A DNA stretch of 64,000 nt from an uncultured Chloroflexia bacterium (lineage in GTDB: Bacteria; Chloroflexota; Limnocylindria; Limnocylindrales; CSP1-4): the NCBI GenBank assembly GCA_963813335.1, contig CAWEYL010000001.1:704001-768000 (forward strand), given 5' to 3'. Positions 30,315-38,583 of the stretch are shown in pieces. The stretch's first letter is position 1. The number at the start of each line of letters is the position of its first letter. The position numbers and the translations under genes are program-made. The notes beneath the pieces are model-generated. The model saw only the letters and a program-made list of their open reading frames with translations, was not told the DNA's origin and did no database searches.

Positions 30315-31607
30315 ATGAGCGCGGCGCACGGCGGCGGCACGGCCACCGGCCTGACCAACTGGGCGGGCAACCACGCCTACGTCGCGCGGGCGCTCCACGA
30401 GCCGGGCTCGGTGGACGAGCTCCGCGAGATCGTGCGCCGCGGACGCTCGCTTCGGGTGCTGGGCTCGCGACATTCGTTCAACGACATCGCCGACACGACG
30501 GGCGAGCTGATCTCGCTCGCCCATCTCCCGCGGGTGTTCGAGCTCGACCGGGCGGCGAGCACGGTCACGGTCGATGGCGGCGTGCGCTACGGCGAGCTGT
30601 GCGGACCGCTGCACGCCGCCGGCTTCGCGCTCCACAACCTCGCCTCGCTCCCGCACATCTCGGTCGCCGGCGCCTGTGCGACGGCGACCCACGGATCGGG
30701 CGACCGGAACGGCAATCTCGCCACCGCGGTCACGGCCCTCGAGCTCGTGACCGCCGACGGGGGACTGGTGGCCGTGTCGCGGGCCGGCGACCCGGACACG
30801 TTCGCGGGGACCGTCGTGGGGCTGGGGTCCCTCGGGGCCGTGACGCGAGTGACCCTCCGGCTCCAGCCGACGTTCCAGGTCCGCCAGGACCTGTATGAGG
30901 ACCTGCCGCTGAGCGCGGTCGCCGACCACTTCGACGAGATCACCGCGCTGGCCGACAGCGTCAGCCTGTTCACCGAGTGGAAAGGCCCGGTCTTCGAGGA
31001 GGTCTGGCTCAAGCGCCGCGTCGAGCCGGGCGACGCCGTCGAGACGCCGCCGACGCGGTACGGGGCGAGGCGCGCGACCGTCCCGATCCACCCCATCCGG
31101 CGCATGGCGGCGGACGCCTGCACGGAGCAGCTCGGCGTCCCCGGGCCGTGGCACGAGCGCCTCCCGCACTTCCGGATGGACCACACGCCGAGCGCCGGCG
31201 CGGAGCTCCAGACCGAGTACCTCATGCCCAGGGGCTCCGCCGTCGACGCGCTGATCGCCGTCGACGGCCTGCGCGACCGGATCGCCCCGCTCCTGCAGGT
31301 CTCCGAGGTCCGCACCGTCGCCGCCGACGACCTGTGGATGAGCACGGCGGTCGGGCGCGAGTCGGTCGCCCTGCACTTCACCTGGCAGCCGGACTGGGCG
31401 GGCGTGCGCGAGCTCCTGCCGGCGCTCGAGGCCGCCCTCGCGCCGTTCGAGCCACGGCCGCACTGGGGCAAGCTCTTCACGATGGCCCCGGACGCGGTCC
31501 GGGCCACGTACTCGAGACTGCCGACCTTCGTCGCGCTGGTCGACCAGTTCGATCCCGGGGGCACGTTCCAGAACGACTATCTGCGCCGGGTGGTGCTCGG
31601 GCGATGA
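30315..31607 (+). CDS. alditol/xylitol oxidase-like FAD protein (AldO family)
   Basis: TNWAGN, GSRHSFN, NLASLPHISVAGACATATHGSG, PRPHWGK. Confidence 0.9.
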   Translation: MSAAHGGGTATGLTNWAGNHAYVARALHEPGSVDELREIVRRGRSLRVLGSRHSFNDIADTTGELISLAHLPRVFELDRAASTVTVDGGVRYGELCGPLHAAGFALHNLASLPHISVAGACATATHGSGDRNGNLATAVTALELVTADGGLVAVSRAGDPDTFAGTVVGLGSLGAVTRVTLRLQPTFQVRQDLYEDLPLSAVADHFDEITALADSVSLFTEWKGPVFEEVWLKRRVEPGDAVETPPTRYGARRATVPIHPIRRMAADACTEQLGVPGPWHERLPHFRMDHTPSAGAELQTEYLMPRGSAVDALIAVDGLRDRIAPLLQVSEVRTVAADDLWMSTAVGRESVALHFTWQPDWAGVRELLPALEAALAPFEPRPHWGKLFTMAPDAVRATYSRLPTFVALVDQFDPGGTFQNDYLRRVVLGR

Positions 31608-32164
31608 GCGCGCCGGCGGACCTCCGCATCCGACGGCTGTCGACCGCGGACGTCGGCCGCGCGGACCTGCTCGCCGCCCGCAACCTCCTCGTCTCGGCGT
31701 TCGGGCCGGGTCTGGAGGAGCGCTTCACGACAACGGATTGGGACCACTCGCTCGGCGGGATGCACTTCCTGGCCGACATGGGCGGGTCGATCGTGGCGCA
31801 CGCCTCGGTCGTCGAACGCTCGATCGAGATCGGCGAGCTGCCGCTCCGCACCGGCTATGTCGAGGCGGTCGCGGTCGCGCCCGATCGCCAGGGCCAGGGG
31901 ATCGGGTCCAGGCTGATGGAGGAGGTCGGCGCGTTCATCGACGAGCGGTTCGAGTTCGGTGTCCTGGGGACCGGCCGGCACGCGTTCTACGAGCGACTCG
32001 GCTGGACGACGTGGACGGGCCAGGCGTTCGTGCGTACCCCGTCCGGTCCGAAACGGACCCCGGACGAGGAGGGGTTCATCCTCGTCCGCTCGACCGCGTC
32101 CACGCCATCACTGGATCGAAATGCGCCCATCAGCTGCGACTGGCGCCCGGGCGATGTCTGGTAG
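31604..32164 (+). CDS. aminoglycoside 2'-N-acetyltransferase-like GNAT
   Basis: DWDHSLGGMH, LRTGYVEAVAV, C-terminal CDWRPGDVW typical of AAC(2')-I. Confidence 0.85.
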   Translation: MSAPADLRIRRLSTADVGRADLLAARNLLVSAFGPGLEERFTTTDWDHSLGGMHFLADMGGSIVAHASVVERSIEIGELPLRTGYVEAVAVAPDRQGQGIGSRLMEEVGAFIDERFEFGVLGTGRHAFYERLGWTTWTGQAFVRTPSGPKRTPDEEGFILVRSTASTPSLDRNAPISCDWRPGDVW

Positions 32165-32176
32165 CAGGAGAGGATC

Positions 32177-32806
32177 GTGACCGTGTTCGTGCCCGACCTT
32201 CCGCGGCGCATCGGGGCCATCGCCGTGCCCCAGGACGATGTCTCGGCCGCCACCTGGCGGTGGGCGCACCGCGCCCTCCCGGACTACCTGCTGACGCACT
32301 CCGTGCGCGCTTACTGCTGGGGAGCGGCGATCGCGGCGGGCGAGGGCTGGGCGTTCGACGCCCAGGTCCTGTGGACGGCGTCGCTGATGCACGACTACGG
32401 GCTGACCCGGATCCCCAGGAACACGATGTGTTTCGAGGTCGAGGGGGCAGAGATCGCGCGCCGGTTCCTCGAGAAGGCCGGGATGGACCCGGAGGCTGCC
32501 GACCGCGCCGCGATCGCGATCATCCTCCACATGGCGCCGGGCGTCGACCTGTCGGACGGCGTGGAGGCGGTCCTGCTCGACCGCTCGACGGGACTGGACG
32601 TCCGGGGCGACGGATACGACCTGGTCGACGCGGTACGCGAGGGGGTCATGCGCGAGTTCCCGCGACGCGCGTTCGATCGCCGCTTCCTCGCGGCCATCCG
32701 GCGCGAGGCCGCGCTCCGCCCGACCTGCCAGAGCGCGCGACTGCTGCACCAGGCCGATCTCGCCGGCTGGATGGCCCGCTCTCCCTGGGCGGCCGAACGG
32801 CGCTAG
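32177..32806 (+). CDS. HD-domain protein (cyanamide hydratase-like clade)
   Basis: HSVRAY, MHDYGL, FEVEGA motifs. Confidence 0.8.
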   Translation: MTVFVPDLPRRIGAIAVPQDDVSAATWRWAHRALPDYLLTHSVRAYCWGAAIAAGEGWAFDAQVLWTASLMHDYGLTRIPRNTMCFEVEGAEIARRFLEKAGMDPEAADRAAIAIILHMAPGVDLSDGVEAVLLDRSTGLDVRGDGYDLVDAVREGVMREFPRRAFDRRFLAAIRREAALRPTCQSARLLHQADLAGWMARSPWAAERR

Positions 32807-32834
32807 CCCACCGACCGGTGCACAATGGCGCGCG

Positions 32835-34808
32835 ATGAGCGAGGCCACCTCTCCCGTGGACGACGCGACCGGTGATCTGCTGAAGGCCGGACGGGACGCG
32901 CTGGTTCGGCACGAATGGGCCGAGGCATACGACCGGCTGACCGAAGCGGACGCCGCCGGCGCGCTGTCCGGCGAGGACCTGGAGCGCCTCGGCCAGGCCG
33001 CGTTCTTCGTCGCCAAGGCCGACATCGAGCGCGAGGTCAAGGAGCGTGCCTTCAAGGTCTACGAGGGGGCGGGCAACCAGATCCGCGCGGCCTACATCGC
33101 CCTCGATCTCGCCCGTGACTATGCGTTCTCGGGCAACCACGCCATCTCGACGGTCTGGGTCCGGCGGGCCGAGCGGATCCTCGGGCCGGACGGGGACACC
33201 TACGCCCACGGCTACCTGGCCCTGATCAAGAGCCTCGGCGCGGGCAGCAGTGGCGACATGGACGCCGCCGTCGCCCTCGCCGAGCGGGCGATCGAGATCG
33301 GTGAAGGCGCCGCCGACGCCGACCTCAAGGCGTTCGGGCTGATCAACATGGGGTCGCTCAAGATCGCCAACGGGGATACGAGCGATGGCATCGCCCTCAT
33401 GGAGGAAGCATCCATCGCCGCGGTGAACGGCGAGCTGTCGCCCTTCACGACCGGGGTCACGGCCTGCTCGATGATCAGCGCCTGCCGCGACCTCAACGAC
33501 TACCGGCGGGCGAACGAGTGGATCGAGGCGACCGAGCGCTACTGCCATCGCCAAGCGCTCTCCGGCTTCCCGGGCATCTGCAAGATCCATCGCGCCGAGA
33601 TCGCGGCCGTCGGGGGCGCCTGGGAGCGGGCGGAGCAGGACCTCGAGAAGGCCACCAGCGAGCTCGGCGCCTTCAACGCCACGCCGCCGCAGGCGGACGG
33701 CTTCTACGCGATCGGCGACATCCGCCGGCTGCGTGGCGACTTCGCGGGCGCCGAGGCGGCGCTTCGTGAGGCGCATGCCCGGGGCCGCTCGCCGCAGCCC
33801 GCCCTCGCGCTGATCCGCCTGGCCGAGGGCAAGGTCAAGGCGGCGATGACCGCCATCGATGCCGCGGTCGCCGAGCGCGGCTGGGACCGCTGGGCGAAGG
33901 CGCGCCTCTACCCCGCGCAGGCCGAGATCGCGATCGCGGCCGGCGACCTCGCCGTCGCACGGGTCGCGGTCGATGCCCTCAACGAGACCGTGGCCTCGTA
34001 TCCGTCGCCCGCGCTCGAGGCCGGGCGGCAGGCGACGCTGGGTCGCGTGCTGCTGGCGGAGGGCGACGCCGCGGGGGCCGCCGAGGCGCTGCGCAGCTCG
34101 ATCCGCGGCTGGCGCGAGGTCGGCTCGCCGTACGAGGTCGCCCGCGCCCGGGCGGTCCTGTCGCGGGCGCTGCGGACCGTCGGCGACGACGACGATGCGG
34201 AGCTCGAGCTCGATGCCGCGCTGGACGACTTCCGCCGGCTCGGGGCCCGCGTCGACATCGAGACCGCGGAGCGCGAGCTGCGCGATGCCGAGGACCGGCG
34301 CAGCGGCCCGGTCTCGGCGCGGATGACGTTCATGTTCACCGACATCGTCGGGTCGACGAACCTGGCAGAGGCGCTCGGCGACCAGGCCTGGGAGCGGCTC
34401 CTGCGCTGGCACGACGACATGCTCCGCAAGGTGATCACGGCCGGGGGAGGGGTCATCGTCAACTCGACCGGCGACGGGTTCTTCGCGGCGTTCACCTCGG
34501 CCAGGGCCGCGGTCGATGCCGGGATCGCCATCCAGCGCGCCCTTCGCGAGCAGCGCGACGCCAGCGGCTTCGCCATCGCCGTCCGCATCGGGCTCCATAC
34601 CGCCGACGCCAACCGTCGCGGCGACGACTACAGCGGCAAGGGCGTCCATGTGGCCGCGAGGGTCGCGGGGGAAGCCACGGGCGGCGAGATCATCGCCACG
34701 ACCGACACGCTCGACGAGGCGGGCGACGTCCGCGCCGGGCCGCCGACGCCGACCGCCCTGAAGGGCGTCACCGAGCCGGTCTCGCTCGCCCGCATCGACT
34801 GGAGCTGA
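32835..34808 (+). CDS. TPR-like helical protein with C-terminal class III adenylate/guanylate cyclase
   Basis: FTDIVGST, TGDGFFA, VRIGLH, GVHVAARV, LKGV. Confidence 0.88.
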   Translation: MSEATSPVDDATGDLLKAGRDALVRHEWAEAYDRLTEADAAGALSGEDLERLGQAAFFVAKADIEREVKERAFKVYEGAGNQIRAAYIALDLARDYAFSGNHAISTVWVRRAERILGPDGDTYAHGYLALIKSLGAGSSGDMDAAVALAERAIEIGEGAADADLKAFGLINMGSLKIANGDTSDGIALMEEASIAAVNGELSPFTTGVTACSMISACRDLNDYRRANEWIEATERYCHRQALSGFPGICKIHRAEIAAVGGAWERAEQDLEKATSELGAFNATPPQADGFYAIGDIRRLRGDFAGAEAALREAHARGRSPQPALALIRLAEGKVKAAMTAIDAAVAERGWDRWAKARLYPAQAEIAIAAGDLAVARVAVDALNETVASYPSPALEAGRQATLGRVLLAEGDAAGAAEALRSSIRGWREVGSPYEVARARAVLSRALRTVGDDDDAELELDAALDDFRRLGARVDIETAERELRDAEDRRSGPVSARMTFMFTDIVGSTNLAEALGDQAWERLLRWHDDMLRKVITAGGGVIVNSTGDGFFAAFTSARAAVDAGIAIQRALREQRDASGFAIAVRIGLHTADANRRGDDYSGKGVHVAARVAGEATGGEIIATTDTLDEAGDVRAGPPTPTALKGVTEPVSLARIDWS

Positions 34809-34817
34809 CCGGTCCGC

Positions 34818-36005
34818 ATGCGCGCGGGCCGGTCGCGGGCGATCGCCATCGCCTCCATCGCCGTCGCCGTCGCCGTCGGCTGCGCGCCGGTGGACCCGAG
34901 CCCGGCGCCATCCGCGCCATACGCGCCATCCGCGATCCCTAGTACCCGTCCGTCGCCGTCTGCCGCGCTCGCATCGCCGTCGCCGTCACCGAGCGCCCGG
35001 TCCACCGCGCCGACCGTGGCCCAGCTGATCGGTCAGAAGCTGGTGATCCGGATCGGCGGCACGACCGCGTCGCCGGCGGTCCTCCAGCGGATCCAGCGCG
35101 GCGAGGTGGGCGGGGTGATCCTCTTCGGGCCGAACATCGGCACCCCGGCCGCGCTGCGGGCGCTCACGGACGCCCTCCAGGCGGCAGCCGCCAAGGGCCG
35201 CCAGCCGCCCCTCCTGATCGCGGTCGACCAGGAGGGTGGCGAGATCACCCGGATCCCGTGGGCTCCGCCGACCCTCACGCCCGCCGAGATGGGACGCGAC
35301 GGCCGTCCCTCGGTCGCGCACGACCAGGGGCTCGCGACGGCGACGGCGCTCCACGACCTCGGCATCAACGTGGACTTCGCGCCGGTGGCCGACGTCCCGA
35401 CCGGTCCGACCTCGTTCATGGAGGCGGCCGGCCGCACGTTCTCGATGTCGTCGGCGACCGTCTCGGACCTCGCCGACGCCTTCGCCGCAGGTCTCGAGGA
35501 GGGCGGCGTCCTCCCGTCCATGAAGCACTTCCCGGGGATCGGCCCGGCGACGCGGAACACCGACGATGCCGTGGTCGTGATCGATGCCTCGGCGGAGGAG
35601 CTGGACGCCGGCCTGCTGCCGTACCAGACCGCCATCGGCGAGCGGATCCCGCTGGTCATGCTCTCGAACGCCACCTATCCCGCGTACGACGCGGATGACG
35701 CCGCTGGCTGGTCGCGCGCCATCGGCATCACCCTCCTGCGCGACGAGATGGGCTTCGCGGGCGTGACCATCACGGACTCGCTCGACGGCACCGCCAAGGC
35801 GCGCGGCCTCGCCAGCGCGGACCTGGCCGAGCAGGCCGCCCGTGCCGGCACGGACCTGTTGCTGCTGACCGGATCGGAGGCGACGTCGGCCGGCACCTTC
35901 CAGCGGCTCGTCCGCGAGGCGACCGCCGGCGACATCGACCAGGCGACCCTGCTGGCGTCGTACGACCGGATCCTCGCGCTGAAGGCGGGGCTGTCGCCCG
36001 CCTAG
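34818..36005 (+). CDS. GH3 beta-N-acetylhexosaminidase-like lipoprotein
   Basis: Lipobox VAVGC, VDQEGG, APVAD, KHFPGIG, ITDSL. Confidence 0.88.
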   Translation: MRAGRSRAIAIASIAVAVAVGCAPVDPSPAPSAPYAPSAIPSTRPSPSAALASPSPSPSARSTAPTVAQLIGQKLVIRIGGTTASPAVLQRIQRGEVGGVILFGPNIGTPAALRALTDALQAAAAKGRQPPLLIAVDQEGGEITRIPWAPPTLTPAEMGRDGRPSVAHDQGLATATALHDLGINVDFAPVADVPTGPTSFMEAAGRTFSMSSATVSDLADAFAAGLEEGGVLPSMKHFPGIGPATRNTDDAVVVIDASAEELDAGLLPYQTAIGERIPLVMLSNATYPAYDADDAAGWSRAIGITLLRDEMGFAGVTITDSLDGTAKARGLASADLAEQAARAGTDLLLLTGSEATSAGTFQRLVREATAGDIDQATLLASYDRILALKAGLSPA

Positions 36006-36023
36006 CTCGAGCGGAGCGGGTCC
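35949..36023 (+). repeat. direct repeat copy 1 (75 bp)
   Basis: Matches 36302-36376 with 3 mismatches. Confidence 0.9.
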
Positions 36024-36301
36024 GCGACCGTATCCCGGGCGATCCGCACGACCGCCCTCGACATGCGGCTCATCCATAGCCCACGCTCAAGCGCGCCGAC
36101 ATGCCCACGATGACGCGTCTTGGGAACGGCCGCGACCAGCGTCTCCCGCACGAGTCACCGTTGATCGGCCGTCGGGCGGGTCGGATCGAAGGCTTATCGG
36201 ATCCGTTCGCCAGATCTCATGAATGGCAGTCATATCCGTCGAGCGAAGGGATGTCCAGGCCCGCGGATGACCCCGGGCATCCGCCGCTGACTGGCCGGGC
36301 G

Positions 36302-36376
36302 CTGCTGGCGTCGTACGACCGGATCCTCGCGCTGAAGGCGGGGCTGTCGCCCGGCTAGCTGGAGCGGAGCAGGTCC
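36302..36376 (+). repeat. direct repeat copy 2 (75 bp)
   Basis: Matches 35949-36023 with 3 mismatches. Confidence 0.9.
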
Positions 36377-36984
36377 TCGAACGGCACCGGGTCCGTGAAC
36401 GGGTCGCGCGGCGCGCCGGGCACCGTCGCGGCCATCGCCGCGGCCAGCTCGCGTGCCGCGCGCTCGATGCGGTCGACGAGGCGACCGTCGGCGGCCACGG
36501 CGCCTTCCCCCCAGTCCTCGGTCGCGGCGTAGACCGCCGTCGGGACCGTGGCGGCGTTGAGGTACGCGAACAGCGGTCGCACGGCGTGCTCGAGGGCCAG
36601 CGAATGGCGGGCCGTGCCGCCGGTCGCGGCGATCAGGACGGGCTTCCCGGCGAACCCGCCCCGCTCGATCACGTCGAAGAACATCTTGAACAGGCCGCTG
36701 TACGAGGCGCTGAAGATGGGTGTCACGGCCACCAGCCCGTCTGCCGCCAGGACGGCGTCGGTCGCCGCCCGCAGGCTCGGGCTCGAGAAGCCGGTCAGCA
36801 GGTGATCGGTCAGGTCGTGCGCATGGGCGCGCAGCTCGACCACCTCGACCACGGGCTCGATGCCCGCGGCACGCAGGTCCCGCTCGGTCGCGGCCGCGAT
36901 CCGGTCGGCGAGCAGCCGGGTCGAGGACGGCTGTCCGAGCCCGGCGCTGACGACGACCAGCGAGCGGTGCCGACCGTCGCTCAT
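36355..36984 (-). CDS. NADPH-dependent FMN reductase (CE1759-like)
   Basis: SAGLGQPSSTRLLAD, TPIFSASYSGLFK, ATGGTARH; ATGA overlap with the LLM gene. Confidence 0.9.
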   Translation of the reverse strand: MSDGRHRSLVVVSAGLGQPSSTRLLADRIAAATERDLRAAGIEPVVEVVELRAHAHDLTDHLLTGFSSPSLRAATDAVLAADGLVAVTPIFSASYSGLFKMFFDVIERGGFAGKPVLIAATGGTARHSLALEHAVRPLFAYLNAATVPTAVYAATEDWGEGAVAADGRLVDRIERAARELAAAMAATVPGAPRDPFTDPVPFEDLLRSS

Positions 36985-38105
36985 GCCGGGACCGGCTCCG
37001 CGAGACGGTCCGCCGCATCGGCCCCGACGACGGGGGCCGCGACGCGCGGATGCAGCGGCGCGTCGGGGACGTGCGCGGGGCGTCCGATCGCGAACTCCCG
37101 GCGCAGGACGGGGACCACGAGCTCGCCCAGCATCTCCAGCTGGTGGAGGGCCTCCTCGAGCGGCAAGCCCGCGTGATCCACCAGGAAGAGCTGGCGCTGG
37201 TAGTCGCCCACGACGTCGCGGAACGCGAGCGTGCGGTCGATGACCTCCTGCGGGCTCCCGACGGTCAACGGTGTCTGGGCCATGTAGTCCTCGAGCGAGG
37301 GTCCGCCGCCGTAGACCGGGGCGTGGTCGAAGTATGGCCGGAACGTCCGGATCGCCTCCTGGGAGTCCGCGCGCATGAAGACCTGGCCCCCGAGGCCCAC
37401 GATCGCCTGGTCGGCCGGCCCATGCTCGTAGTGCTCGTAGCGCTGGCGGTACAGCGCCACCATGCGCTGGACGTGCTCCTTCGGCCAGAAGATGTTGTTG
37501 TGGAAGAACCCGTCGCCGTAGTAGGCCGCCTGCTCGGCGATCTCCGGACTGCGGATCGAGCCGTGCCAGACGAACGGCGGGACGCCGTCGAGCGGCCGTG
37601 GCGTCGCGGTAAATCCGGTCAGCGGCGTGCGGAACTTGCCCTGCCAGTCCACGACGTCCTCGCGCCACAGGCGGTGGAGCAGGGCGTAGTTCTCGTAGGC
37701 CAGCGCGATCCCGTCGCGGATGTCCTGGCCGAACCACGGGTAGACCGGGCCCATGTTGCCGCGACCCAGCATCAGGTCGACCCGGCCGCCGGCCAGGTGC
37801 TGGAGCATCGCGTAGTCCTCGGCGATCTTCACCGGGTCGTTGGTGGTGATCAGGGTCGTCGCGGTCGAGAGGACCAGCCGCTCGGTCTTCGCGGCGATGT
37901 AGCCCAGCATCGTCGTGGGTGAGGAGGGGACGAACGGCGGGTTGTGGTGCTCGCCGGTCGCGAACACGTCGAGCCCGACCTCCTCCGCCTTGAGCGCGAT
38001 GGCGACCATCGCCTGGACGCGCTCCGCATCCGTCGGCGTTCGACCCGTGAGCGGGTCCATCGTCACGTCGCCGACCGTGAAGACCCCGAATTGCATCTGT
38101 GCCAT
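36981..38105 (-). CDS. LLM-class flavin-dependent oxidoreductase (CE1758-like)
   Basis: MQFGVFTVGD, GEHHNPPF, GRGN, WHGSIRS. Confidence 0.92.
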   Translation of the reverse strand: MAQMQFGVFTVGDVTMDPLTGRTPTDAERVQAMVAIALKAEEVGLDVFATGEHHNPPFVPSSPTTMLGYIAAKTERLVLSTATTLITTNDPVKIAEDYAMLQHLAGGRVDLMLGRGNMGPVYPWFGQDIRDGIALAYENYALLHRLWREDVVDWQGKFRTPLTGFTATPRPLDGVPPFVWHGSIRSPEIAEQAAYYGDGFFHNNIFWPKEHVQRMVALYRQRYEHYEHGPADQAIVGLGGQVFMRADSQEAIRTFRPYFDHAPVYGGGPSLEDYMAQTPLTVGSPQEVIDRTLAFRDVVGDYQRQLFLVDHAGLPLEEALHQLEMLGELVVPVLRREFAIGRPAHVPDAPLHPRVAAPVVGADAADRLAEPVPA

Positions 38106-38126
38106 GCCCGGAGTGTACACGATTGA

Positions 38127-38144
38127 TAGTTGCATGTGCAACTA
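38127..38144. promoter_or_regulatory. palindromic operator upstream of the LLM operon
   Basis: TAGTTGCA-tg-TGCAACTA perfect 8-2-8 inverted repeat just upstream of the TACACT -10 box. Confidence 0.7.
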
Positions 38145-38264
38145 CTTGCGTCCGACCACGACCCGGGGTGGTCCGAAGGTCCGGCTGGTCAACGGGACCG
38201 GCGACGCGCGACCATGACAGCCCGCCGCTGCGACCCCCATCCCTGTCTGCTGGAGGAACCCCCG

Positions 38265-38444
38265 ATGATCCGAGGACCACGGAGCCTGGGTGACCCGTTC
38301 GAAGGCCGAGGGGCGCAGCGCACGCGCGTCCGCCTGCGCATCGAGGGCGTCATCGCGTTGACCCTCGCGGTCGCCGCGTTCAGCATCGCCCTGGCCCTCT
38401 GGGTCGGCACGCTCGCGCCGTTCGTGGTCCGCCTCGCGCACTGA
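38265..38444 (+). CDS. small membrane protein (59 aa)
   Basis: GGAGG RBS; one TM helix VIALTLAVAAFSIALALWV. Confidence 0.6.
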   Translation: MIRGPRSLGDPFEGRGAQRTRVRLRIEGVIALTLAVAAFSIALALWVGTLAPFVVRLAH

Positions 38445-38583
38445 CGGCCGTCGGGCGCGGCGCCCACGCCGGCCCGCGTCAGACCCGTGCGAGATGGCGA
38501 GGCGTGCCCGAGACGCGCCATGACGCCGCCGTCGTACCGTGGAGCGGACCGGGACGGACCGGATCGCTCGCGGAGGGGAGACG

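Noticed and set aside
36101-36358. 85-aa ORF in the insert
   Set aside because: Only its last ~18 codons are recognisable, and they are the duplicated GH3 end.
36355-38280. 641-aa ORF suggesting a long FMN reductase fusion
   Set aside because: The upstream part is an off-frame overlap of the LLM gene; the real start is ATG 36984.
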